DNA of 64,000 nucleotides from Candidatus Nomurabacteria bacterium (GTDB lineage: Bacteria > Patescibacteriota > Saccharimonadia > Saccharimonadales > VXPC01): positions 101,854 through 165,853 of the forward strand of contig JACKGQ010000001.1 in assembly GCA_020631905.1 (NCBI GenBank). Direction: 5' to 3'. Positions 53,180 through 60,833 of this stretch are shown one piece after another. Made by a program: the position numbers and the translations under genes. The notes under the pieces are model-generated. The model searched no databases, was not told where the DNA came from, and saw only the letters and a program-made list of their open reading frames with translations. Within the stretch, counting starts at the first letter, position 1; each line of letters starts with the position of its first letter.

Positions 53180-54152
53180 ATTTCTCTGCTACAAATGTCT
53201 CAAAATCAAACCCGTCTTGAATTTGATTTGTTAAATCACCAACTCGAGCGACAACGTAATCTTGAGCGATATATTTTTTGTGTAGTTCAACCAGGTGAGT
53301 AAGGCGATCATTATATGAACGTCGATTTTCTTTTAGTCTCTCATTTATCTTTTTTAAAGTATTCTGTGATGTTTGATCAAGAGCTGTTGCATTAAGATCT
53401 TCTCGATCCTTGTCTACATTTCGAATATGACCACTTAGCATTATTGATCCAAGATACTTCTCTTGAGGAACTGTTTCTAGTATAAATTTTTCATCATCAG
53501 TATCTTCAATTTTGTTCCCAACCACGTATAGTTGATCAAAGATACCTGCATGTTTTGCAAGTTCTGTATACTGTTTATACACCGCAACGCTTCGCTTAGT
53601 TGGCTCAATGCTTAATACCAAGATATCAAATTGAGCATGGAGTGAACCTGCAAAAGCATCAACTCCAGCGACCATGTCAGCAATGATATACGCGTTTGAA
53701 TCAATACTGTGAGCAAGAATATTTTCAAGAATCGCAAGACTATTGTGATAACAGCTTTTTCCGATACCGTCAACATCGTAGGCACCGACGATACTTAAGT
53801 ACATACTGTCTTTCTTCCTTGAATATTTTTTAAAAAGCACATTACCGCTATCACTCAAATCAAAATAACCAGAGTCTTCTGTTGGCGGTGTTGTTTTCTT
53901 AATATGTGCAACGGTCTCAATACGAGGGTTTTCCGACTTGATATATTCCTTGATTTCTTTTTGAATATTTCCTGATGAAAGGTGTGGAAGAATTGATAGG
54001 TCTTCAAAATCCAACAAGTCACCAACATGGATATTCATATCAGCATCAAAGAGTGTAATATTTTTTTGCTCTGTCCGCGCAACGTAATGCGCAAAGAGTG
54101 AGGTCAGTGTTGTTTTTCCTGCACCTCCTTTTCCTACAAATGCTATTCTCAT
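53169..54152 (-). CDS. MinD/ParA-superfamily P-loop ATPase, CooC-like (metal-centre maturation type)
   Basis: MRIAFVGKGGAGKTTL has the deviant Walker A. DMVAGVDAF and a GKSCYH motif are also present. It overlaps the downstream PLP gene by 11 nt. GGAAAGGAAAT lies upstream. Confidence 0.65.
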   Translation of the reverse strand: MRIAFVGKGGAGKTTLTSLFAHYVARTEQKNITLFDADMNIHVGDLLDFEDLSILPHLSSGNIQKEIKEYIKSENPRIETVAHIKKTTPPTEDSGYFDLSDSGNVLFKKYSRKKDSMYLSIVGAYDVDGIGKSCYHNSLAILENILAHSIDSNAYIIADMVAGVDAFAGSLHAQFDILVLSIEPTKRSVAVYKQYTELAKHAGIFDQLYVVGNKIEDTDDEKFILETVPQEKYLGSIMLSGHIRNVDKDREDLNATALDQTSQNTLKKINERLKENRRSYNDRLTHLVELHKKYIAQDYVVARVGDLTNQIQDGFDFETFVAEKYGE

Positions 54153-54222
54153 ATTTCCTTTCCGTTTTCAAAACGTAAGTATATATATTCTTGAGAAGAT
54201 GATACATATACTGTAAAATTAC

Positions 54223-54237
54223 TGCAAATAATTTGCA
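54223..54237. promoter_or_regulatory. 7-1-7 palindrome TGCAAAT-A-ATTTGCA, Fur/Zur-box-like operator
   Basis: It is perfect and AT-rich, lies 11 nt downstream of TATACT (54207-54212), and sits between the divergent Fur-family gene and the ATPase/PLP operon. Confidence 0.55.
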
Positions 54238-54251
54238 ATAAGGATGATTTA

Positions 54252-54719
54252 ATGCAAGCTAATCAATTACTACAAGCAAGCTTTGAGCAAGATATGCGGT
54301 CATCAGGGCTGCGGATTACTCATGTGAGGCAAAGACTTTTTGAAGTGCTCGCAAAAACTAATAAACCGCTATCAGTAAAAGAGCTTGTAGAAAAAACAGA
54401 TGAGGCTCATTTCGTTAGTATCTATCGGTCAATCGACGCTCTACATAAGGCAGGCATAATTAAACAGGTACCAAGAGGTTTCAAGAACCTGTACGAACTG
54501 AGCGACACTTATAGGCCACATCATCATCATGCTACCTGTGAAATATGTGGTAAAAGCACTTCAACTCATGATCAAAAACTTGAGAAACTAATGTCGGACC
54601 TTTCTGTCAAAGCGGGGTTTGAGCCCACCAAGCACACATTTGAAATATTCGGGGTGTGCAATCTCTGTCGTATTTCTAGGGTAGCCATACCAAACCAAAA
54701 CCCGAGAAATCAGCAATAG
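54252..54719 (+). CDS. Fur-family metalloregulator (Zur-like by context)
   Basis: RITHVRQRLFEVLAKTNKPLSVKELVEK (winged helix), then HHHHATCEICGKS...CNLC (His cluster plus two CxxC). Confidence 0.7.
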   Translation: MQANQLLQASFEQDMRSSGLRITHVRQRLFEVLAKTNKPLSVKELVEKTDEAHFVSIYRSIDALHKAGIIKQVPRGFKNLYELSDTYRPHHHHATCEICGKSTSTHDQKLEKLMSDLSVKAGFEPTKHTFEIFGVCNLCRISRVAIPNQNPRNQQ

Positions 54720-56106
54720 ATTTTTTACTCTCAGAGTCATATATGATCGTGTGTGTCTGTTCGCATTGTGCGTTAGGGCTTACTTGATCAAACTGACAAT
54801 AATCAGCGTTTAACTGTGCTGACAATAATATTCCATCGTAGCTAGGTGCCAGTTCTCTCAAGGTTTCGCTAGGATAATCGCTCGTAGTCAATTCAATTTT
54901 TGGTTCTTGATCATCCCAGCCTTGCAATGAATAAACGAAGCTTTGTGCCTCTCCCAGTGAATACGAAGTCGAAGCAATATAAATTTTCTTATTTCCAGAC
55001 ACTACCGACTGCACGTAGCCAGCAGTATCTAGCTCGAATGGCGAGACATCTCCCGATGACACATCGTAGAGTGAGAAGTTACTTTGATCTCTAAACAATA
55101 TTCGACTACCGTTCTCATTAAATCCGAATGATGATGTGTGCGATCCAATCAGCACAGGATCGTAGTCGTTGAATGGACTAACTGCATAAAATGTTTGCAT
55201 TTGGTCTTGAATAAGTGCCACCTGACCATCGTTATCCATTTGGATTGAATATGCACGTATGTAATCTCCCTCAGAGTTTGTAAGTGAGCGTGCTTCGCCA
55301 GATTCCAAATTTATCGCCTCAACTCGAGCAGAAAATCTCTCATAGTATTCGGGACTGACGGAATTGTAGTCAGGTGTGACGGTAAACAAGGCAATCTTAC
55401 CTCTTGGACTTAATGTCAGATAATTTAGCCTGCCGCCAAGTAAAAGCTGTTCTTCACGTACTTCTTTGGTTTGCAGATTGATAGTATATAGAGAATCCCT
55501 CTCTTCACCCTTTGTCGCAATTACCACGAAGTCACAATTAGCAGCAAACATAGTTATTTCAGGATTAGAAAATACTATTTCAGGATCATCACCTAGTCTG
55601 GCAATTTTTATATAATCATCTGCATCCTGCGATAAAAACGATTCATCGCTATAGTCAATCCCGTAATTTCTTTCAAGGTATGCATAGGATGGCTGAGCGG
55701 TCTGTATGGTTTTTTGATATATTCCTCTCATTGGTCTGTCAGTCTGATCAAATATGTCAGGTCCCACCTCGATAGTGTACTCAGTATCGTGTTTAAGATT
55801 CTCGAGTAACGTTACTGTAATATTCTGTGCGGTTGTTTGCGAGGTAAACGAAACACTTGGGATAAAGCGTATTTGTGCGGTGTAGTCACCTTCACGCAAC
55901 GGTCTGTCGAAACGTATTGTCATGGTTGAATTTTGAGTAAGTGACTGGAGGCTCGGATCGCTATCGAAATCAACTATCCGTACTCGAGGACCATGGTTAT
56001 AAAGCAAAAAAGATAAACCAACGATTAGTAGAGCTAGTAGAGATGAAATAAGAACGAGCTTACGATAGTACACACTAGTTGGCATAAGGATTCCTTGGTT
56101 GCTCAA
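54676..56106 (-). CDS. Membrane-anchored Ig-like + beta-propeller-like protein
   Basis: TM anchor, an Ig-like N-domain (...MTIRFDRPL...EYTIEVGPDIFD...) and a repetitive beta-strand region. It is the last gene of the permease operon, and its 3' end overlaps the Fur-family gene by 44 nt. Confidence 0.5.
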   Translation of the reverse strand: MSNQGILMPTSVYYRKLVLISSLLALLIVGLSFLLYNHGPRVRIVDFDSDPSLQSLTQNSTMTIRFDRPLREGDYTAQIRFIPSVSFTSQTTAQNITVTLLENLKHDTEYTIEVGPDIFDQTDRPMRGIYQKTIQTAQPSYAYLERNYGIDYSDESFLSQDADDYIKIARLGDDPEIVFSNPEITMFAANCDFVVIATKGEERDSLYTINLQTKEVREEQLLLGGRLNYLTLSPRGKIALFTVTPDYNSVSPEYYERFSARVEAINLESGEARSLTNSEGDYIRAYSIQMDNDGQVALIQDQMQTFYAVSPFNDYDPVLIGSHTSSFGFNENGSRILFRDQSNFSLYDVSSGDVSPFELDTAGYVQSVVSGNKKIYIASTSYSLGEAQSFVYSLQGWDDQEPKIELTTSDYPSETLRELAPSYDGILLSAQLNADYCQFDQVSPNAQCEQTHTIIYDSESKKSIADFSGFGLVWLP

Positions 56107-56812
56107 TTTGCATAGTACTAGTCGGGACGAGTACTAGTATTTCACCTTCTGTAGTTTGTTTCTTTTGAAAAATGCCTTCAACTTCAAGCCATTCGTCTTT
56201 ATCATATTCTGATCGCCAGTTATTAAGCTGCACAGGTATGCCGACTGGCTGAGCGTCTACAGCACAGCACGTTAATACAAACCGAGCGAGCCAGATAGTG
56301 TCATTGCCAAGATTCGCATCATACACAAAACCACTAATCTTAGCTGGTTTATTGGCGTAATATGTTGGGTCTTGGTTGCTTGAGAGAAGTCGTGACCAAT
56401 CTGTAAGTTTCAGTCCTCTAGATGAGCCAGCAAAAAGTGTGTTCAGTGGTTTTGATTCTGAGGTCGATACTAACGATCCTGCGTCGGTAGAACGTTGCGA
56501 GACAGTCGCAGAGGTTAGTGTTCTAGCTGGCAGAAGTACAGCAGCGATAATCACAAGCCCGAGCGGGAGAAAAGTAAGCTTACCGGACTTATGGGAATGG
56601 CTTTCAAGTGAATAGTAGCTATTTAGTACAAGTAGCAACAGTGCTATAGCGGCCATTATTATCGTAAATGCGACATATCGTGGATGAATGTAGAGAGTAA
56701 GCTGCTTCGTGACCCCCAAATAAGCAATATAAGTTGCTGAGATTAATAGTATGACGGTTTGTAGTTGGGATAGCTTAAAACGCATACGACACCACCAGTC
56801 CTGCAAGAGCAC
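56075..56812 (-). CDS. TIGR03943/DUF1980-family two-TM protein (partner of DUF318-type permease)
   Basis: Two N-terminal TM helices and the C-terminal ARFVLTCCAVDAQPVGIPV (CCxxDA motif). MRFKLSQ (56785) may be the true start. Confidence 0.6.
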   Translation of the reverse strand: MLLQDWWCRMRFKLSQLQTVILLISATYIAYLGVTKQLTLYIHPRYVAFTIIMAAIALLLLVLNSYYSLESHSHKSGKLTFLPLGLVIIAAVLLPARTLTSATVSQRSTDAGSLVSTSESKPLNTLFAGSSRGLKLTDWSRLLSSNQDPTYYANKPAKISGFVYDANLGNDTIWLARFVLTCCAVDAQPVGIPVQLNNWRSEYDKDEWLEVEGIFQKKQTTEGEILVLVPTSTMQIEQPRNPYAN

Positions 56813-57833
56813 TCATTAACAATGAAAGTATAGTTATGGTGATTAACAGTTCGTTTTTGAATGTGGTTTTTAGTAAAGCCAACATCTTTATGTCTATCAT
56901 TGGTCCAAATACCAAGAAGCTGACGATTGAACCCGCAGTAAACGTGTTAGCAAATGACAATGCAAAGAACGCATCGACATTGGCACATATGGATACTACG
57001 AACGCCAATAGAAGCATAGCTAGGATAGATAGAATTACATTGCTACCAATACTAACTAAAATGTCCCGTGGAACAAATGATTGAACGACACCCGCAACAA
57101 TAGCACCAAAAGCGAGCATCTTTATCATCGCAAAAGCTTCGTGAGTGAAGTTACTGCTTAGTTTATCTGCTCGATGACGTGTTGTTCTCTCCTGCTTGGT
57201 AGGGGCATCACAAAGTGCGACAAAGTCCATAGTTAGGAAATCTTGCTCTCGTTTCTTTAGTGAAAGAATATACCCAATGATGTTTGCAATGACAAAGGTG
57301 GCTGCCACTCGTGAAACCACAATTGATTGATCATAGCTAAAAGCTGCCCAAGTTGCCCATATCGTAACTGGGTTAATTACAGGAGCAGCTAACAGAAACG
57401 TGACGGCTTCCGATGGCTTCAACCCTTGAATCATAAGGCTCCGCGCGAGAGGTACATTGCCGCATTCACAAACTGGGAATAAGAAACCCATTAGAGATAA
57501 GATTGCTCGTCTGAAGACACCTTTCTTCGGCAATAACTTCTCAAAAGTATGTGCTGGAACGTAGGTATTCACTACAGCTGCCAAGAGCGAGCCAAGCACA
57601 AGAAATGGAAAAGCTTCTACAAAGATACTTAACGAAAGAGTTGCAAAATCTTGCGCTCTGTTAGGAAGTAGTATTTTGTCAAACAAGTAATCAGAAGAAC
57701 TCAAAACGGCTAAGGTTAGAAGAACCACTACCATTGGTAGCACCAGTTTTCTCCCCTGAGTAATCCGCTTGGTTAGACGATTCGAAACCATAACAACATT
57801 GTAGCGAACTTGCTTAACAACGACCATGAACAA
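56775..57833 (-). CDS. DUF318/ArsP-type permease
   Basis: It is polytopic, with FPVCECGNVPLARSL (CxC motif) and an internally repeated topology. The start may be MVSNRL (57791). Confidence 0.6.
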   Translation of the reverse strand: MFMVVVKQVRYNVVMVSNRLTKRITQGRKLVLPMVVVLLTLAVLSSSDYLFDKILLPNRAQDFATLSLSIFVEAFPFLVLGSLLAAVVNTYVPAHTFEKLLPKKGVFRRAILSLMGFLFPVCECGNVPLARSLMIQGLKPSEAVTFLLAAPVINPVTIWATWAAFSYDQSIVVSRVAATFVIANIIGYILSLKKREQDFLTMDFVALCDAPTKQERTTRHRADKLSSNFTHEAFAMIKMLAFGAIVAGVVQSFVPRDILVSIGSNVILSILAMLLLAFVVSICANVDAFFALSFANTFTAGSIVSFLVFGPMIDIKMLALLKTTFKNELLITITILSLLMSALAGLVVSYAF

Positions 57834-57927
57834 AGTCTTAATAGGTCATGGAGCCAGGTTGGGTTTTGGGGTCCTTGGTTGCCTATTGGAAAACATGTTG
57901 CGGTTAGAACTTTTGTAAGGAGTAAAC

Positions 57928-58143
57928 ATGCAAAAACCGCCATTTCTGACGGTTCCAACATTTGTAGCTTGTAATCACTACGGCACATATTTCTCTGAGA
58001 CTCAGGAGTCAAAGGAGGAACCGGTCATGGAACTCGGTCACTCTATTTCACTGCTGGGTCTGGCTCCGGGGACTGGATTACTGGGGTATATTTTGACTAA
58101 CTTTCGCGTATGCAAGCATCCACGGTTTAGTCAAAATATCTGA
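57928..58143 (+). CDS. Questionable small ORF (71 aa) spanning the tRNA-Asn 3'-end copy
   Basis: It has a good RBS (TAAGGAG, 6 nt, ATG) but no motif, and it contains the 19-nt repeat at 58061-58079. Confidence 0.25.
   Translation: MQKPPFLTVPTFVACNHYGTYFSETQESKEEPVMELGHSISLLGLAPGTGLLGYILTNFRVCKHPRFSQNI
58061..58079 (-). repeat. 19-nt exact copy of the tRNA-Asn 3' end (att-like)
   Basis: TGGCTCCGGGGACTGGATT is identical to 59507-59525, in the same orientation, 1446 bp away. Confidence 0.85.
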
Positions 58144-58200
58144 ACCAGCGACTTGCATCAGCTAAAGCTGCTGCGTCGCTGAACCGAACCAACTCCCTGA

Positions 58201-58232
58201 ATCAAAATGAAAAGACCACCGCGAGGGTGGTC
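58201..58232 (-). terminator. Rho-independent terminator
   Basis: GACCACC-ctcgc-GGTGGTC followed by TTTTCATTTT on the minus strand. Confidence 0.65.
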
Positions 58233-58321
58233 ATCTCATTTTGGCTCACAACAATAGAGGAAGTTATAACTGCGATTAAGAGGGATATGGCAATATCATA
58301 AAAAAAGTCAGTACTTAAGAA

Positions 58322-58996
58322 TTATGCAAGCAGGGTTTCTTGATCGCCGTTTATAACAATCGCTTCACCGTCACGCAGTGTTTTGTAAGGAATATTATTT
58401 GTCTTAAAGTATTCTACGCACTTTTCAATATCTTGGGATTCTGGGTGGTCTGACCTGTAGTGTGGTGCTACAGCATAATCTAATAAGCCAAGTCCACTCC
58501 AAATCACCTCTTTATCGTAGCCTTCTGCAATTTCGTCTTTAGGATCAACGAGCTCAATGCCTCGTAATGAAGGTGCTAATACACAAACACCAGCGCTGAA
58601 ACCACCATAAGCAATCTTATCTTTTTTAAGCATTTCGACTATCAAGTTATCGAACCCGCTCTGCTTGTACGCTTTTCTGAGTATGAATACATTACCACCC
58701 CTTACCCAAATGTACCCATAATCATTCAACTTGTCGGCAAGCTCGGCAGTCTTTCCAAAATAATCACGTAAATCTAATTCTTCTGGCTGCAACCCTAAAG
58801 CTGTCAGGCTTTCGATTTCTTGTTGCACACGTTCCGTACGACTTTCAACTGACTTAGAATCTTGTGCGTTAGCAATAATTGCCGTTCGCTTGTTGTCACC
58901 AATTAAAGTCAGCATTTCTTCTGGCTTGTTACCCAGCTTATATGAAGATAAATAAAGTCTCATAGGTATTATTTTAACATCTGTGAGTCCCGTCAA
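58322..58996 (-). CDS. Peptidase S51 (dipeptidase E-like) / class-I amidotransferase-fold protein
   Basis: ...AIIANAQD...IWVRGGNVFILRKAYKQSGFD...YGGFSAGVCVLAPSL is the nucleophile-elbow Ser context typical of S51. Confidence 0.65.
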   Translation of the reverse strand: MTGLTDVKIIPMRLYLSSYKLGNKPEEMLTLIGDNKRTAIIANAQDSKSVESRTERVQQEIESLTALGLQPEELDLRDYFGKTAELADKLNDYGYIWVRGGNVFILRKAYKQSGFDNLIVEMLKKDKIAYGGFSAGVCVLAPSLRGIELVDPKDEIAEGYDKEVIWSGLGLLDYAVAPHYRSDHPESQDIEKCVEYFKTNNIPYKTLRDGEAIVINGDQETLLA

Positions 58997-59026
58997 TTAT
59001 TTTCGAATTCAACTCTACTCAGGGCA

Positions 59027-59062
59027 CACAAAAAAGTCAGAACCGATATAGCAGTTCTGACT
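59027..59062 (-). terminator. Rho-independent terminator
   Basis: AGTCAGAAC-10 nt-GTTCTGACT followed by TTTTTGTGT on the minus strand. Confidence 0.65.
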
Positions 59063-59106
59063 TAGTCTGTTCCAGTTTGGCTCTCCCTAGTGGACGTACT
59101 TCGCAA

Positions 59107-59466
59107 CTATGATGTTAAATATTCTTCCCATGTATCAAAATTAGATATGCAAAATTTAGCTACACTCGCCGCGTGAGCAAGGGCATATTCGTCGTCGAGA
59201 AATCTCCTCCCATGCTTATCTCTACGCTCAGATGCAATTTCTTTAAGCTGACCTACTAGCTCTGCGTCGGATGGTACTGGTTCACCGTACAATACAACCC
59301 CAGCCGCAAGCATTTCGCCAATATCTCTAGCTACCAGGTCATAAGCATCGCCTACTATTTGACGATGTAAGTCTGTGAATGGTGTTTGGACGCTGTGTGC
59401 CAGCCATGCAAGTCTTTCGTCAGGATCTGATCTAAGTAACTCAATATAATCATCCGGGGAACACAT
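59107..59466 (-). CDS. Hypothetical protein
   Basis: 119-aa acidic ORF with no motif. Confidence 0.45.
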   Translation of the reverse strand: MCSPDDYIELLRSDPDERLAWLAHSVQTPFTDLHRQIVGDAYDLVARDIGEMLAAGVVLYGEPVPSDAELVGQLKEIASERRDKHGRRFLDDEYALAHAASVAKFCISNFDTWEEYLTS

Positions 59467-59506
59467 AAAACTAAAAATACCACATTAGTGTTGTATAGTC
59501 AAAACT

Positions 59507-59581
59507 TGGCTCCGGGGACTGGATTCGAACCAGCGACCTAGTGGTTAACAGCCACCCGCTCTACCGCTGAGCTACCCCGGA
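59507..59581 (-). tRNA. tRNA-Asn (GTT)
   Basis: 75-nt cloverleaf. Acceptor TCCGGGG/CCCCGGA, D arm GCTC-AGCGGTA-GAGC, anticodon loop CTGTTAA, T arm GCTGG-TTCGAAT-CCAGT, discriminator G, encoded CCA. Confidence 0.9.
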
Positions 59582-59823
59582 ATAAATTGTTTAACGTACT
59601 CTCGACCCTTTGCAGATTTTAGAGATCTCTCTCGTTGAATCGCTTCAGAACGAGTGGTAAATGATTCCTTATAAATCAACTCCCATTCGCCCTCAAACTT
59701 AGAAGTAAAGCTTTTTGTTTTGTGTTTATTATTATGCGCTAGCAACCTAGCCTTAATGTTCTGAGTTTGACCTATATATATCTTACTCGCGATCTTATTA
59801 AAGATTACATAAACATAAAACAC
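59572..59823 (-). CDS. Small GIY-YIG (URI-domain, COG2827-like) nuclease
   Basis: FYVYVIFNKIASKIYIGQTQNIKARLLAHNN...ELIYKESFTTRSEAIQRERSLKS has the GIY/YIG, R and E motifs. The GTG start lies 6 nt after TGTATAAT. The last codons and the TAG stop lie inside tRNA-Asn nt 1-10. Confidence 0.8.
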   Translation of the reverse strand: MFYVYVIFNKIASKIYIGQTQNIKARLLAHNNKHKTKSFTSKFEGEWELIYKESFTTRSEAIQRERSLKSAKGREYVKQFIPG

Positions 59824-59860
59824 GTTCTTATTATACAGACACCCTCCGCCAGCTGGCGGA

Positions 59861-59874
59861 TGAGCTACCCCGGA
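59861..59874 (-). repeat. 14-nt exact copy of the tRNA-Asn 5' end
   Basis: TGAGCTACCCCGGA is identical to 59568-59581 (tRNA nt 1-14 on the minus strand) and lies 293 bp upstream of the tRNA. It is followed on the minus strand by the 16-bp palindrome TCCGCCAGCTGGCGGA (59845-59860). Confidence 0.85.
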
Positions 59875-60084
59875 TTAGCGCTTCGCTTACGAGACAAAAC
59901 TACGTTTTTTCTCATCGCGCGGGACGCGAAATAAATTCGACGTTCCGGCTGCTCTTTTTCTTTATCAAGAACAGACAAGCTTTGGAATGTACGTGAGCTG
60001 ATCACTCAATTACAGGGGTCAAGTATACTGTTTTCTATCAGCGGTGTCAAAGGACTATAATAAAAGTGTAGTAAAGGAGATCTT

Positions 60085-60339
60085 ATGGCAAATATCAGCG
60101 ACAAAGAACTCGAGCAGGCGCTTGAGAGTAAAATAAAATCTAGGTTTTCACGCAAAGATAAAAAACACAGAAGCTCTGGAGGTGGTGGTGCATATTTTAT
60201 CGCATTTGTTGGTGCGATCGTTTACTACATGCAGGCAGCCACAAGTTTTACGACAGTTGTTACGGGCATATTAAAAGCCTTAGTGTGGCCTGCAATCATC
60301 GTCTATAAACTATTAGAAAGTTTTTACGGGGTTGTTTAA
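60085..60339 (+). CDS. Small membrane protein
   Basis: 84 aa with a basic N-terminus and two TM helices. TATAAT plus AAGGAG lie upstream. Confidence 0.5.
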   Translation: MANISDKELEQALESKIKSRFSRKDKKHRSSGGGGAYFIAFVGAIVYYMQAATSFTTVVTGILKALVWPAIIVYKLLESFYGVV

Positions 60340-60341
60340 AA

Positions 60342-60536
60342 ATGACCAAGAAATATAGATATGTATTGATAGGAACTATCTTGAGCTGGTCTATGGGCTA
60401 TTTAGGTGCCGATCGAGCTTATAAGGGCGAGATGGGTTTAGCAGTTTTTAAACTTCTAACTCTCGGCGGTGTTGGAGTATGGTGGATAGTCGACGCCTTT
60501 TCTTGGACAAGAGATCTAGGCAATAGCAAAGACTAG
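60342..60536 (+). CDS. TM2-domain protein
   Basis: LGADRAYKGEMGLAVFKLLTLGGVGVWWIVD fits the TM2 domain pattern. Confidence 0.65.
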   Translation: MTKKYRYVLIGTILSWSMGYLGADRAYKGEMGLAVFKLLTLGGVGVWWIVDAFSWTRDLGNSKD

Positions 60537-60829
60537 GTGTCTATAAGGTGAAGTTCCACATCATAAGATTCACCCTCAATTAACTTCTGCTGTTCGCGGA
60601 TTTGTTTGTTAATTGGTAGCATAAATGTTTCTGTCTTAGAATCTGGAAAGATTGATGTTTTCCAGATAGAATTACCAATTTTCGCTTCGACTTTTACAGA
60701 CCCAAAACCTCGCGCATACCCAGATGCAAATAACTTTATCTCTGGGTAGTAGTCTCTTGGCAGTGACATAAAATGCCATGCAGAGTCTCCTTGCCACTTC
60801 CACAGTTTTGCTTTGAAATCATAGGTCAT
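60533..60829 (-). CDS. DUF1905-family protein
   Basis: FKAKLWKWQGDSAWHFMSLP...VKVEAKIGNSIWKTSIFP is the typical DUF1905 signature. Confidence 0.65.
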   Translation of the reverse strand: MTYDFKAKLWKWQGDSAWHFMSLPRDYYPEIKLFASGYARGFGSVKVEAKIGNSIWKTSIFPDSKTETFMLPINKQIREQQKLIEGESYDVELHLIDT

Positions 60830-60833
60830 ACTA

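Noticed and set aside
57773-58012. Track ORF of 79 aa on the minus strand upstream of the permease
   Set aside because: It overlaps the permease 5' end out of frame and has no RBS or motif. It probably lies in the promoter/leader region.
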